In this document: positions 46,196-60,000 of the stretch, one piece after another
Layout of the letters: each line of letters begins with the position of its first letter
How positions within the stretch are numbered: the first letter of the stretch is position 1
From: Mobula hypostoma
Taxonomy: Eukaryota
NCBI RefSeq assembly: GCF_963921235.1
Contig: NC_086097.1
Coordinates: 195,674,001 to 195,738,000 of the forward strand
Reading direction: 5' to 3'
Length of the DNA stretch: 64,000 nt
Translations under genes and position numbers: made by a program
Notes under the pieces: generated by a model
What the model was told of the DNA's origin: nothing
Seen by the model: only the letters and a program-made list of their open reading frames with translations
Databases searched by the model: none

Positions 46196-49100
46196 CAAAG
46201 ATTCAATAAAAAGAAGTTAGGTTTAAGTGGAGCGACCATTATATAAGTGGGCCAGTACTATCAGAGTTAGAGTGGGAAGTTGAGGTTTTGGCTCATTGAA
46301 GCTTCAGCGAAAAGAGACAAAAGCTGTAGGTAGGTTTTTTGTTTAATTTTTCTTTCCTTATTTAGTGCAGTGGGGATGCCAAGCAGGATAGCGGAATGCT
46401 CCCCTTATGGGATGTGAGAAGGCAGGGAGACCTCCAGTGTCCCTGGCAATTAGACCTGCAAGAAGTGCATGCAGCCAAATGCTAGTGAATCCAGAAACAG
46501 GAAAATTATACAGGTTAATATGTGGCTAAGGAGTTGGTGTGGGAGGGAGATCTTCAGATGTTTGGATCATTGGGCTCTCTTCCAGGGAAGGTAGGACCTG
46601 TATAGAAGGGACGGTTTGCACCTGAACTGGAGGGGGTCTAATATTCTAGCAGGAAGGTGTGCTAGTGTGTCACTGAGGGCTTAAACTAGCGTTGCAGAGG
46701 GATGGGAAACAGAGTGCCAGAATAGTTAGTGGAGAGGTTTGGGGGAAAGATGTTGTTAAGCCTGCATATAAAGTCAATAAATTGAAAGACTGAGCATGGT
46801 GGCACAAATATACTCAGTTATGTATATTTCAATGCAAGGAGTATTGTAGGAAAGGCACATGATTTCAGGGCATGGATCAACACCTGGATTTATGATATTG
46901 TAGCCATTAGTGGGACTTGGTTGCAGGAGAGGTAGGACTGGCAGCTCAATGCTCCAAGGTTCCATTGCTTTAGTTATGATAGAATGGGGGGGATTAAAAG
47001 GGGAGGGTTGGCTTTACTAGTCAGGGAAAATGTCGCAACAGAGCTCAGATAGGACAGACTGGGGAGCTTGTTTACTGAAGCTACCTGGGTGGAAATGAGG
47101 AATAAGAAAGGTATGACAACATTAATGGGATTATATTATTGACCACCCAACATTCTGCAGGATTTAGAGGAACAAATTTGTGGAGAGATCATAGAGTGCT
47201 GTAAGAAACATAAGGTTGTGAGAGTAGGTGAATATAACTTTCCACTTATTGACTGGGACTCCTACACTGTAAAAGGGCTGGATGGAATAGATTCTGTCAA
47301 AAGGGAAGGAAAGTTTCCTTAATCAGTACATAGACATCCCAACAAGTGAGAGTGCAATATTAGATCTCCAATTAGACAGAGCATGTGACAGAAGTTTGTG
47401 TAGGGCTAAACACTTTGAATCTAGTCATCATAATGACATTAGTTTCAAGATAATTATGGAGGAGGATGGGTCTGGTCCTTGGGTTTAGATTCTAAATTGG
47501 AGAAAGGCCAATTTTGATGATATCATTAAAGATCTGACAAATGTGGATCGGGACAAGTTGTTTTCTGGTAAAGGTGTATTGGTAAATAGGAAGCCTTCAA
47601 AAGTGAAGTTTTCAGAGCACGTATTTTCTATGTTCCTGTCAGAATAAAAGGCGTGGGTCACAGGTTTAGGGAACCTTGGTTTTTGACAGAATTTGAGGTC
47701 CTGGTTAAGAAAAAGAAGGCAGTGCATTGCAGGCACAGGCGGGAAAGAGCAAATGTGATGCTTGAATTGCATAAGAAATGCAAAGGATCACTTTAAGGAA
47801 GTCAGGAGGGATAAAAGAAGGCATAATGTTGTTCTAGCAGACGAGGTGAAGTAGAATCTCAAGGGCTCCTACAGATATTTTAAGAGCAGAAGGATAGCAA
47901 TTGGTCCTCTGGAAAAACAGAGTGGTCATCTATGCAAGGAGCTGAAAGAGATGGGAGAGTTTTAAGATGGACTTTTTGCATCTGCATTTACTTGGGAGAC
48001 CGATACAGAGTCCCTAAAAGTGAGGCAAAGCAGCAGTGAAGTTGTGGACTGTATTACAGATTACAGAGGAGGAGATATTTGCTTTCTTGAGGAAAATTAG
48101 GATGGATAAATCCCCAGGGCCTGACAAGGTGTTCACTCACACCCTGTGGGAGGTAGGGGATTGAGCAGAGATATTTAAAATGTCCTTAGCCATAGGTGAA
48201 GTGCCAGAGGATTAGAGGATATCTCATTTTGTGCTGTTGTTTAAGAAAGCCTCCAAGAATAAGTCAGGATACTGTAGGCTAGTGAGTCTGACATCAGTGG
48301 TGGAGTAAGTTATTGGAAGGTATTCTAAGGGACCAACAGTAAGTATTTGGATAGACAGAGACTCATTAGAGATAATCTATATGATTTTGTATGTGGTAGT
48401 TCGTAGCTTTTCGAGGAAGATAACAGGAAAGTTGATGAAGGCAGAGCAGTTGATGTTGCTTACATGGATTTTAGCAAGGCCTTTTACAAGGAACCACCCG
48501 ACAGGTTGGTCAAGAAGATTCAGTCACTTGGCGTTCAAGATGAGCTAGTAAATTGGATTCGATGTTGGCTTTGTAGGAAAAGCCAGAGAGTGGTAGCAGT
48601 TGGTTGTCCCTCTGACTGGAGGCCTGTGACTAATGCTGTGCTGCAAGGATCAGTGCTGGGTCTGTTGTTGTTTGTCATCCATATCATGACCTGATTGATA
48701 ATACAGTAAACTGGATCAGCAAGTTTAGGGGTGTAGAGGACAGCGAGGAAGATTATCAAAACTTGCAGAGGGATCTGGACCAGCTGGACAAATGGGCTGT
48801 AAAATGACAGGTGGAATTTAAAGCAGACAAATATGAGGTGTTGAACTTTCAAAGGACAAACCATGGTAAGACTTGTATGGTGAGCAATAGGGCACTGAGG
48901 AAAGATGTCAATAAGATTGAGAAAACGCAGAGAAAATTTACCAAAATGCTGCCAGGACTTGAGGGAAAGGTTGGGTAGGTTAGAACTTTATTCCCTGGAA
49001 GTAGAAGAATGAGGGAGGACTTGATAGAGGTAATCAAAATTATTGGAGGTATAAATAGGGTGAAAACAGGCAGGCCTTTTCCACTGAGGATGGGTGAGAC

Positions 49101-49459
49101 GAGTATTGAGGTCATGGGCTAAGGATGAAAAGTAAAATGTTTAAGGGCAACATGAGGGGGAGTTTCTTCACTCAGAAGGTGATGAGAGTGGGGAACGAGC
49201 TGCCAGCGGAAGTGGTGAATGTGGGTACGAGTTCAACATTTAAGAGAAATTTGGATAGGCATATAGATGGGAGGAGAATGGGGGGCTATGATACAGGTGC
49301 AGGTTGATGGGCCTGGGCAGATTAATAGTTTGGCATGGACCAGGTGGGCCTATTTCTATGTAAGCAACAGGAATTCTGCAGTTGCTGGAAATTCAAGCAA
49401 CATACATCAAAGTTGCTGGTGAACGCAGCAGGCCAAGCAGCATCTATAGGAAGAGGCGC

Positions 49460-49495
49460 AGTCGACGTTTCAGGCCGAGACCCTTCGTCAGGACT
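49460..49495 (-). ncRNA. Minimal type I hammerhead ribozyme, intact core
   Basis: agtc-CTGACGA-agggtctcggcct-GAAA-cGTC-gact; stem I agtc/gact. Confidence 0.8.
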
Positions 49496-50185
49496 AACTG
49501 AAGGAAGAGTGAGTAAGGGATTTGAAAGCTGGAGGGGGAGGGGGAGATGCAAAATGATAGGAGAAGACAGGAGGGGGAGGGATAGAGCCAGGAGCTGGAC
49601 AGGTGAAGGCAAAAGGGGATATGAGAGGATCATGGGACAGGAGGCCTAGGGAGAAAGATGGGAGGGGGGGGTGACCCAGAGGATGGGCAAGAGGTATATT
49701 CAGAGGGACAGAGGGAGAAAAAGGAGAGTGAGAGAAAGAATGTGTGCATAAAAAGGAGTAACAGCTGGGGTACGAGGGGGAGGTGGGGCCTAGCGGAAGT
49801 TAGAGAAGTCAATGTTCATGCCATCAGGTTGGAGGCTACCCAGACGGAATATAAGGTGTTGTTCCTCCAACCTGAGTGTGGCTTCATCTTTACAGTAGAG
49901 GAGGCCGTGGATAGACATGTCAGAATGGGAATGGGATGTGGAATTAAAATGTGTGGCCACTGGGAGATCCTGCTTTCTCTGGCGGACAGAGCGTAGATGT
50001 TCAGCAAAGCGGTCTCCCAGTCTGCGTCGGGTCTCACCAATATATAAAAGGCCACATCGGGAGCACCGGACGCAGTATATGTCCAGCTCTCGGCTCTATC
50101 CCTCCCCCTCCTGTCTTCTCCTATCATTTTGCATCTCCCCCTCCCCCTCCAGCTTTCAAATCCCTTACTCACTCTTCCTTCAGTT

Positions 50186-50221
50186 AGTCCTGACGAAGGG
50201 TCTCGGCCTGAAACGTCGACT
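50186..50221 (+). ncRNA. Minimal type I hammerhead ribozyme, intact core
   Basis: Same sequence as 49460-49495, on the opposite strand. Confidence 0.8.
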
Positions 50222-51062
50222 GCGCCTCTTCCTATAGATGCTGCTTGGCCTGCTGCGTTCACCAGCAACTTTGATGTATGGGGCCTATTTCTATGCTGTA
50301 GTCTTCTATGACTCTGTGACTGTATGTCTCTGTTACAGTGGCAGGAGTGTGTACCATCCTTGAAACTAAGGGTTCTGACCCATAATGTTAACTGTTTCTC
50401 TATTACAGATGCTGATTGTCAGGCTGAGTTCTTTCAACATTTTCTGATTTTCTTTTGGATTATGGCATCTGCAGTTTTATTTGTTTTCCAGTGCAGCCAG
50501 ATGTTTTGCATCAAGGCAGTTACATCAGCTCTCAATGTGTTGGCCTTGCTCAGTCAGGTGACACTCCCAGAAGAAATGTTATCTGATTCTCTACTCCCAA
50601 TAGCTCCATCTTTCCTCTAAGCCTATTCTTTTCTGCACATGTTTGATCACGGATGCCTTAATAGCTTTGATTACAATATATGTTGTGAAAATTTCAGTAT
50701 GCTCACCAAAATTTTTCTCAGCATAGAAGGTCTTCAGCTTCAAATATTAGTGTCAGATTTTTCTCCAATTTACTCCCACATCACAGCCTTTTGTTCTTAA
50801 TAATCTGAATTGGTCCTCTTCACCTGCATGTCCAGCTGATTTTCAAAACAATAAATGGTTTTGGTTACTTCACATCAATGCACTCTGCTGAGAGAAAAAC
50901 ATTCTCCTCTTTTTCCATCCAGCTTTCTTTCCCATAATGTATCAACCTAGCAAACAAAATAATTTCTCCAAATTTACTCCCAAAATCCTTCATAATTTTG
51001 AATAATTCAATTAGGTTTCAGCTGAACTTTAATTCCTCTCAAGAGAACAAGCACAGCCTGGC

Positions 51063-51292
51063 ATTATTTATTTATTTATTTATTGATATACAGTGCAGAG
51101 TAGGCACTTCCAGCCACACCACACAGCAAACCCCCAATTTAATCCCAGCCTAATCACAGGACAGATTACAATGACCAATTAAGCTACCCACTAGAACGTC
51201 TTTGGAATGTGGAAGGAAACCGGAGCACCAAGAGGAAACCCACACGGTCACGGGGAGAACATACACGCTCCTTACAGGCTGTGGTGGGGATT
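51063..51292 (-). mobile_element. V-SINE
   Basis: Minus strand gttctccccgtgaccgtgtgggtttcctcttggtgctccggtttcc V-core; (aaat)n tail. Confidence 0.8.
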
Positions 51293-53671
51293 AACATAGT
51301 GAATGTCTCTTGATATTCTCATGATACCAGTTCTAAAATGTGCCTATAATTACACAAAACTGATATAAATCAAACCTGAGATTTGTAAAGCTTTAGCACA
51401 ACTTTCATCTCACATACTTAATCTGTACTTACAAATCCAAGTTTCCCATAACCAACATTTTGTGCCATCTTCAAAGGTTTCTGAATATGCATCTACAGAT
51501 GCCTGTGTTCTTACAACTCCCAAAATATTCCATATAAATTACATTCACTCTTCTTGTTGTTCCTCCCAAAGTTCAACACTTCCCACAACATGCCACCTAA
51601 CATCACTGGCTGGCTGCATCCAAGATTGCACAAATGCCTGTATGGCTCCCATGTTGTCCAGTACACTTTCTAGTTACCCTGCCAAGTTTCACACAGTATT
51701 GTGAGTTTACATCACAATGCAATCCTCAGGAGTATCTTCACTGGTATTTAACACTGAATGCATGTTTAACAGTGCCACATTGCTGGGTATTTCTGCACTG
51801 CTGCCTATTCCTCCTCACTGACATGACATATTCCATTCCCTGTTACGATCCTTGCAGGACAACATGAGAGCAGGAATAATGACATTTTTGGCTGTCACAT
51901 GGTAATTTTATCAGCTTAGAATGGCTACTATTTTTATTGCTGCTTCAATAACCTCAAATCAAACCTCAAGATTTAGTAGTACCAAAAACATAAGGTTTAT
52001 AGAATATAGATAAGATCTATTGTGATCCATTGGACCTCACCAGCCCATAAACTATTGACGTTGTGACGCAGCTGCACTGACCACAGATGCAACCACGTTG
52101 GTCCTGAAATGGCTCAAATTGTTCATTTGAAACAATTGTGCACACTGATGTCTTCTGGCTCTGATTTCACCAAAGTTCACTTGATCAATGAGAGGTAATA
52201 TTAAAGTAGAAGTTACTCTTGTTATAGCCTCAACGTCCCACCTATCTGCATAGGCACTGAGTCCCCAGAGAAGAAGACTGAATGCTTTGCATCAATGCAA
52301 AGCTGCACAAAAGCAATTTATGGGCAATGCACAAAAGCAATGCCAAATGTTACAGTAGGAATTCACTAGCTGAGGTTACAATGGAAGATTGGGGCAACAG
52401 CTGAGGAATATATTTCATCAGCAATGCCAGAGGTGAGATAGGAGATTCAGGAATAAGATGTAAACCAATGAACCAAAAGTTTTGTTCAAGACCAGCAGTA
52501 CAATGTATCTGAAATTTGTAAAATAGAAGTTTGCAAACTAACTCTCCAAATTTAAATATATGATATCATCATATTATTGAATGAACTCAAATATTTCATT
52601 GTATCAAAGGCAAATGCTGCTTGTTGTTTTTTGAAAGAGTGAGCCAGGCATTTTGAGACTAGAAGTGGCTGCCAAGTAGTAATTTTTTAGATGGAAAGGT
52701 CTTAGGATATTTACACCTGTGGTTCTTACAATGAGATTCAACAATTAAATTAGCTTGTTTATTACAAAATATTCATTTATTTATGTAAGGGGATTTAAGC
52801 TTGAAGGTACTGCTGCCAATGCTAATAGGTATTCAACAAATATGGAGTTAGTAACCTGGGTCTTTAATCCTGTTGTATATATATGGACACATTTATTGAG
52901 AATTGGACAGCAAATATTATCAAGTGTAACTAAGGCAAATTGTTAAGGCATCATACATATTTCCTATAAGATTCTTCAGGAGGCAGACACTTCATGTTAA
53001 TATTATGATAAAGGAAAAAAATGATACACATGTAAAATGGAGATGTATTCAATATTATATGGCAAATAATCAAAGTTGCTTAAAAGCTGTTTGATGTTGT
53101 AATAGAGAGGAGAGTAAATTATTTTTTGCAGGGATCTTCATTTGTAATCTTGGATAATTTTGCTTCTTAGTTTTTGCACCTAAAATTAGGGTTTGACATT
53201 GCCAAGTTTTATTTGGGCTTGAGTAGATCTGAGAGTCAGCTTTGCAATGAAAATCATGTTGTGGTGTTGAGTTCTGAAAGATGAAGATACACCACAGAGC
53301 TCGACCATTGTTTAAGAGCAGCAAAACAGTACACTACTGTGATGGTCAATTAATCTGTAATCTGTTTTGTACAAGTAAAGGGCTAAATTTTACTCAGTCT
53401 GACCCATCACTTGTTTTCAGTTATAAATTCTTTTGTGCTATGCGATACTTGGGAATATTTTGAAATCAACGTAAAATTGTAATTACTGACAGAGTGGATG
53501 AATATATTGATCTAATCCTATAGGTGGCAATTGATGTTCGGACATATATGTGATATACTGAATACGTAGTTAAGTATAGACAACATAGCATTAACTGGAA
53601 GAAATCAAACCAAAAACTACTGGAAATATTTAGCAGACCAGACAGCTTCACTGGAGAGAAAAACAACGTTA

Positions 53672-55985
53672 ATCAGAACCTGAATCTGAATCATGTTTAT
53701 TATCACTAACCTATGTCACAAAAATTGTGTTTTGTAGCAGCAGTACAGTGCGGTATATAAAAATTACTATCAATTACACTAAGAGTATACATAATAAATA
53801 AATAGTACAGAATGAGAGCAAAATCATGAGATGCTCTTCTTGGGTTCAAGGACCGTTGAGAAATTTCATGTCAGAGGGGAAGAAGCTGTTCCTAACATGC
53901 TGAGTGAGCTTCTTCAGATTCCTGTACCTCCTTCTTGATGGTAGTACTGGATAATGAGGGTCCACCATGAAGAATGCCACCTTCTTGAGGCATCAGCTGT
54001 CCTCGATGGTGGAAAGGCTAATACCTATGATGGGGCTGGCTGAGTTTACAACTCTCTGCAGCTTTTTCTGACCTTGTGTGCCTCCATACCAGATGGTGAT
54101 TTGACCAGTCAGAACGCTCTCCACAGTACATCTGTAGAAATTTGCAAGTGTCTTTGAGGACACATCAAATCTCCTCAAACCCTTAATGAAGTATAGCCTC
54201 TGGCATGCCTCTTCATATTTAATTCAATATGGTGTGCTTAGAATAGAACTTCAGAGATGATAAACCCCAGGAAATTGAAGCAGTTCACCCTTTCCACCCC
54301 TCATTGAGAACTGCTGTAGGTTCTCCCATTTTCCCCTTCCTAATTTCCACAATTAATTCTTTGGTCTTATTAACATTGAGTACAGGGTTGCTATGACACC
54401 ACTCAACTAGCTAATCCATCTCAGTCCAGTATGCCTTGTTTATGTATTCTGCCAACAACAGTTGCGTCATCGGCAGATTTATAGATTACATTTAGTTGGC
54501 TCCATCATTCAATCATGGCTGATCCTTTTTTTTGAAGCTGTGCTTGGCCACACAGTCTTGAGTGTAGAGAGAGCGGACCAACAGGGTAAGCTCATATCCT
54601 TGACGAACACCTGTCATACAGGGAGGGCGTTGGAGGTGGACCCAAGTGCAAGACACAGTCACTGAAGTACTAGGAACAGGACTAGGTGTGACAAGGAAGC
54701 AAGGGAACAGGGGAAGAAGGGACGCTGGACATTGACACAGGCCCTGGATGAGACTAGGATGCAGGGCCTGGGCTAGGACTTGACTAGGATAGCGGAACCA
54801 GGACATGGAACTTGGAACTAGGAGCCTGGGCTTGGACTCCGAGCGAGAGACTGGACAAGGACCCAGAACCTGGGTCTTGACTCGGGCTCGGACCCCGGAT
54901 CTAGGCGAGGACATGACAGGGCTTGGCTCCCTCGAGGCGAGGGTACTTTGAGGCTTGGGTATGGACTCCGAGCCAGAGACTGGGCAAGGACCCAGAACCT
55001 GGGACTTGACTCGGGCTTGGACTACAGAACTAGGCAAGGACAAGACGTGGCTACAGGATAAGGAGAGGCAACAGGACTGGATGTGAGACCCCTGGACGGG
55101 ACGAGGGAACCCCAGCACCAGGCAGGGCAAGGTACTCCTGGGCTGCGTGAGACACATGGACAGGACGAGAACACAAAGCAATGGCTTGGACAGGACAAGG
55201 TTCTTAGATCATGGCTAGGACTGGACGAGACCCCGAAGCCTTGACTTGGTCGAGAGAGAGACAGGAACGCAGAGCCTTGGTCAAGGGAGAGACAGGAACA
55301 CAGAGCCTTGGTTGAGGGAGAGACAGGAACGCAGAGCCTTGGTCGAGGGAAAGACAGGAACATGGAACACAGAGCCAGGACCCCTCCTTGGAAACAGGAC
55401 ATAGGGCTGGGACTCATACACAGAATGCAGAATACAATGAGATGGTTCCCAACACAAGGCAGCGGCAGATGGCCGGACCTACCTAGCGAAGGCGTGGATA
55501 CAGACAGTTACCAACACTAGGTAGCGGCAAATGGCCAGAACTACCTAGCGAAGGCGTGGATACAGAGACAGTTCTAAACGACAATAGACAGTTCCTTATC
55601 TTGCTCCGGTGGTGGAACTTGACAGCGGTGCAGGCGAGGGTTACAGGCGAAGCAAGGCTTGGCAAAGATTCAGGTGAGTCAACAAAAGGAAGGGGAAGGG
55701 AAGGGATTTAGACAGGGGGTTTGGACAGGAACAATCCAGCAGTCAGAGGCTGAATCCTGAAGGTATTTATGGAGCCATCCCAAATGAGAATCAGCTGCCT
55801 CAACAGAAACTGGCAAAAACCAGAAAACCTGGAATAAGGAACATGGACCAGACCATGAACCTCTGTTGATTGTCAGTGAAGAGGGGATGTTATTTCCAAT
55901 CCACACTGAATGTGGACTCTCGATAAGAAAATCAAGGATTCCAGTTGTAGAGGGAGATACAGAGACCCAAGTTTTGAAGTTAACT
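53672..55985 (-). mobile_element. Decayed Rex1/Babar LINE interrupted by solo LTR copy 3
   Basis: Reads RRFDVSSKTLANFYRCTVESVLTG, KSADD and WIGNNIPSSLTIN; (gattca)n tail near 53675-53692. Confidence 0.8.
54612..55858 (-). mobile_element. Solo LTR, copy 3 (right end eroded)
   Basis: Starts tgtcata; homologous to 19947-21112; 31-bp repeat starting at 55261, 55292, 55323 and 55354; no clean TSD. Confidence 0.78.
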
Positions 55986-57094
55986 TTCCAGAGTTATGAC
56001 CTTTCATCAAAAAAAAATCAACGCTATCCAGGAACCCCCATACCCAACAAAAATAAGGAATATATTCATCAGAAAGATTGCAATGGTACAAGAAGGTGGG
56101 CCGCCATTACTTCCTCAAGGGAAATTTTGAAATGATATGTATTTCTGGCTTTGCTGCATCATCCACATCTGATAATATGAATGAATTAACAAAAAGTAGG
56201 CACCTTTATCAATGACTTTCCCTTCCATTATTGCATTAGAAGGAATAATATTTGTTGATGATCGTTAATTTCTGTTTATTTACAGAAGGGTGGCAAGAAT
56301 GAGATTTGTTACCCACGTTGCTCAGAAACAGTGTTGCATGTGAAATTGATTACAAATTTGTTCCTAAAGATTTTGATATCTGTTCACTTAGTGTTTAGAG
56401 GCAGCACTATCACTTAATCTACCATTGCTTTTTCTAAAAACCCTTCCTAACGGTAGAGCTTGTTTTCACTAAATGCTTGATTGTATCTTCACTTATGTGT
56501 GGGGCTTTTACTGTAGATATTATACAGCTTATTTGTTATATGCTTTAATAAATGTCTTCTTTTGACAAGATCATAGTAGAGTATCACTTAAGTCCAAATA
56601 AATTGAGTCCAGTTTCCTTCTGTGGGAGGAAGATGAGTGCTCAAATCACTGATCACTGCAGGTAAACAGCTGTTGTAAACAGGCTACTAACGGCCTCAGA
56701 TTTTCCCGACTGTATAAGTAACATACGGTATGGAAATGAGGCAATTGAATAAGCAATCATTAGTATTTGGTGTAAAAGTAATTGAGATGCACTATCACCA
56801 ACATTTAAGTCACGTTAGAGGCCCAAAGAACCTCAAGTCTAGTGGGAGTTCACAGTACCCAGTATGAAAAACAGTAATCCACCTCCTCACAACCCCACCA
56901 CTAGTGTGTCCCGTTGGACAATTCTGGCCTTTTATGCCACCTCAGAGCTTGCATAACCTGAGAAGAAGCCAGACCTCATCAATCCCAAGAGACTGCTCAC
57001 AAGAAGGTGACACTGTAACACCACCTTTTTTAAACATGCAAGGTCACTAAATAATTACCATCAACAAACTATTTATATCACCAGAGAAATAATG

Positions 57095-60000
57095 CACTGG
57101 ACCACTATTGCACCACCATCAAGAATGCCTTCTGTGCTATTCCATGCCCACACTTCGGAAACTTTGGTTACCTGCTGTAGTTCTACTCCCTGAGTATAGG
57201 CTGAGATTGAAGACTGCAGCACCAGAAGTGAGGACCAAGAGGTATGGACAAAGGAAGGACAGAAGCACTTACAGCACTGCTTTGAATCAGTGGATTGGAC
57301 TGTATTCAGGGACTCATCTTCGAATCTGGTTGAGTATGCTGTGTAGTTGTTACTGACTTCATTAAAACGTGTGTGGATGAGTGTGTGCCTACGAAAACTT
57401 GTTGTACATTCCCAAACCCAAAGCCATGGATGAACCAAAAGGTTTGGCAACTGCTGAGGGCTAGATCTGTCGCATTTACGTCTGGTGACCCAGGTCTGTA
57501 TAAGAAAACCAGCTATGACTTACGGAGGGCTATTTCAAGAGTGAAGAAACAATTCCAAGTGAGGTTGGAGGCAACATCGGATGCAAATTAACTCTGGAAG
57601 GGTTTGCAGTACATTATTTCCTACAAAGCGAAACCCAATAGTATGAATGGCAGCAATGCTTCACTAGCAGACAAGCTTAACGCCTCTTATGCCCGCCTTG
57701 AAAGGGAGAACATAACTACAGCTATGAAGATCCCTGCTGCACCCAGTGACCCTGTGATCTCTGCCTTGGAGGCCGATGTCAGGCTGTCTTTAAGGAGAGT
57801 GATCCCTTGCAAATTGGCAGGCCCTGATGGAGTACTGTGTAAGGCTCTGGAAATTTGTGTCAACCAACTGGCAGGGGTATTCAAGGACATGTTCAACCTC
57901 TCACTGTTATGGTCAGAAGGTTCCCACCTGCCTCAAAAAAGCAACCATTATACCAGTGCCTCTGAAGAGTAGTGTGAGCTACCTTAATAACTATCTCTCA
58001 GTGGCACTAACATCTACGATGATGAAATGCTTTGTGAGGTTGGTCATGGATAGAATGAACTCCTTCAAGGACCTGGACCCTCTGCAATTTGTCTATCACC
58101 ACAATAGGTCTACAGTGGATGCGATCTCAATGGCTCTTCACACGGCCTTAGGTCACCTGAACAATACAAACACCATGCCAGGATGCTGTTCATTGACTAT
58201 AGCTCAGCATTTAACACCATCATTCCAAGTGCTGAGAGAGGTATACCAGCTCGCTGAGTGGTGTCATGGTAACGACCTTGCACAATATCAGTAAGATGAA
58301 AAGAGCTAATTGTGGACTTCAGGAAGGCTAAAACAAGGGAACATGAACCAATCCTCATTAAGGGATCATAATTGGAGAAAGTAAGTAATTTCTGAGTATC
58401 TAACCTGGTCCCGACATAGTGTTGCAGCTATAAAGAAGTGGCTATATTTCATCTGGAGTTTGGAGAGATTTGGTTTGTCACCTAAAACATTCAAAAACTT
58501 CTATAGGTGTACCATTGAGAGCATTCTGACAGGCTGCATCACTGTCTGGTATGGGGGGGTGGGAGGGGGCTACCGCACAGGACCGAAAGAAGCTGCAGAG
58601 GGTTGTAAAGTTAGTCAGCTCCGTCCTTGGTACTAGCCTACATAGTATCCAAGACAGCATCGAGGAACAGTGCCTCAGAAAGGCAACATCCATTACTAAC
58701 AACCCCCATCACACAGGACATAGAAACATAGAAACATAGAAAATAGGTGCAGGAGTAGGCCATTCGGCCCTTCGAGCCTGCACCGCCATTTATTATGATC
58801 ATGGCTGATCATCCAACTCAGAACCCTGCCCCAGCCTTCCCTCCATACCCCTGATCCCCGTAGCCACAAGGGCCATATCTAACTCCCTCTTAAATATAGC
58901 CAATGAACTGGCCTCAACTGTTTCCTGTGGCAGAGAATTCCACAGATTCACCACTCTCTGTGTGAAGAAGTTTTTCCTAATCTCGGTCCTAAAAGGCTTC
59001 CCCTTTATCCTCAAACTGTGACCCCTCGTTCTGGACTTCCCCAACATCGGGAACAATCTTCCTGCATCTAGCCTGTCCAATCCCTTTAGGATCTTATACG
59101 TTTCAATCAGATCCCCCCTCAATCTTCTAAATTCCAACGAGTACAAGCCCAGTTCATCCAGTCTTTCTTCCTATGAAAGTCCTGCCATCCCAGGAATCAA
59201 TCTGGTGAACCTTCTTTGTACTCCCTCTATGGCAAGGATGTCTTTCCTCAGATTAGGGGACCAAAACTGAACACAATACTCCAGGTGTGGTCTCACCAAG
59301 GCCTTGTACAACTGCAGTAGTACCTCCCTGCTCCTGTACTTGAATCCTCTCGCTATAAATGCCAGCATACCATTCGCCTTTTTCACCGCCTGCTGTACCT
59401 GCATGCCCACTTTCAATGACTGGTGTATAATGACACCCAGGTCTCGTTGCACCTCCCCTTTTCCTAATCAGCCACCATTCAGATAATAATCTGTTTTCCT
59501 ATTTTTGCCACCAAAGTGGATAACTTCACATTTATCCACATTAAATTGCATCTGCCATGAATTTGCCCACTCACCCAACCTATCCAAGTCACTCTGCATC
59601 CTCTTAGCATCCTCCTCACAGCTAACACTGCCGCCCAGCTTCGTGTCATCCGCAAACTTGGAGGTGCTGCATTTAATTCCCTCATCCAAGTCATTAATAT
59701 ATATTGTAAACAACTGGGGTCCCAGCACTGAGCCTTGCGGTACCCCACTAGTCACCGCCTGCCATTCTGAAAAGGTCCCGTTTATTCTCACTCTTTGCTT
59801 CCTGTCTGCTAACCAATTCTCTATCCACATCAATACCTTACCCCCAATACCGTGTGCTTTAAGTTTGCACACTAATCTCCTGTGTGGGACCTTGTCAAAA
59901 GCCTTCTGAAAATCCAAATATACCACATCCACTGGTTTTCCCCTATCCACTCAACTGGTTACATCCTCAAAAAATTCTATGAGATTCGTCAGACATGATT

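Larger units (their letters stand above)
49361..50280 (-). mobile_element. PLE with 5' inverted tail copy (about 200-bp inverted repeats) and exact 15-bp TSD
   Basis: TSD gggcctatttctatg at 49346-49360 and 50281-50295; arms 49401-49601 and 50080-50280; GIY-YIG remnant at 49790-50079. Confidence 0.92.
46225..50325 (+). mobile_element. Long decayed CR1 (ORF1 remnants, APE, RT, 3'UTR) whose tail is split by a PLE
   Basis: Zinc finger/esterase remnants at about 46390-46690; YFNARSIVGK; MDFSKAF; FKGNMRGSFFTQKV; tail resumes at 50281 (..ttctatgactctgtgact). Confidence 0.85.

Noticed and set aside
54513..55181. 222-aa Ser/Pro-rich ORF (also 20849-21514)
   Set aside because: Chance or chimeric frames through solo LTR repeats and adjoining LINE sequence
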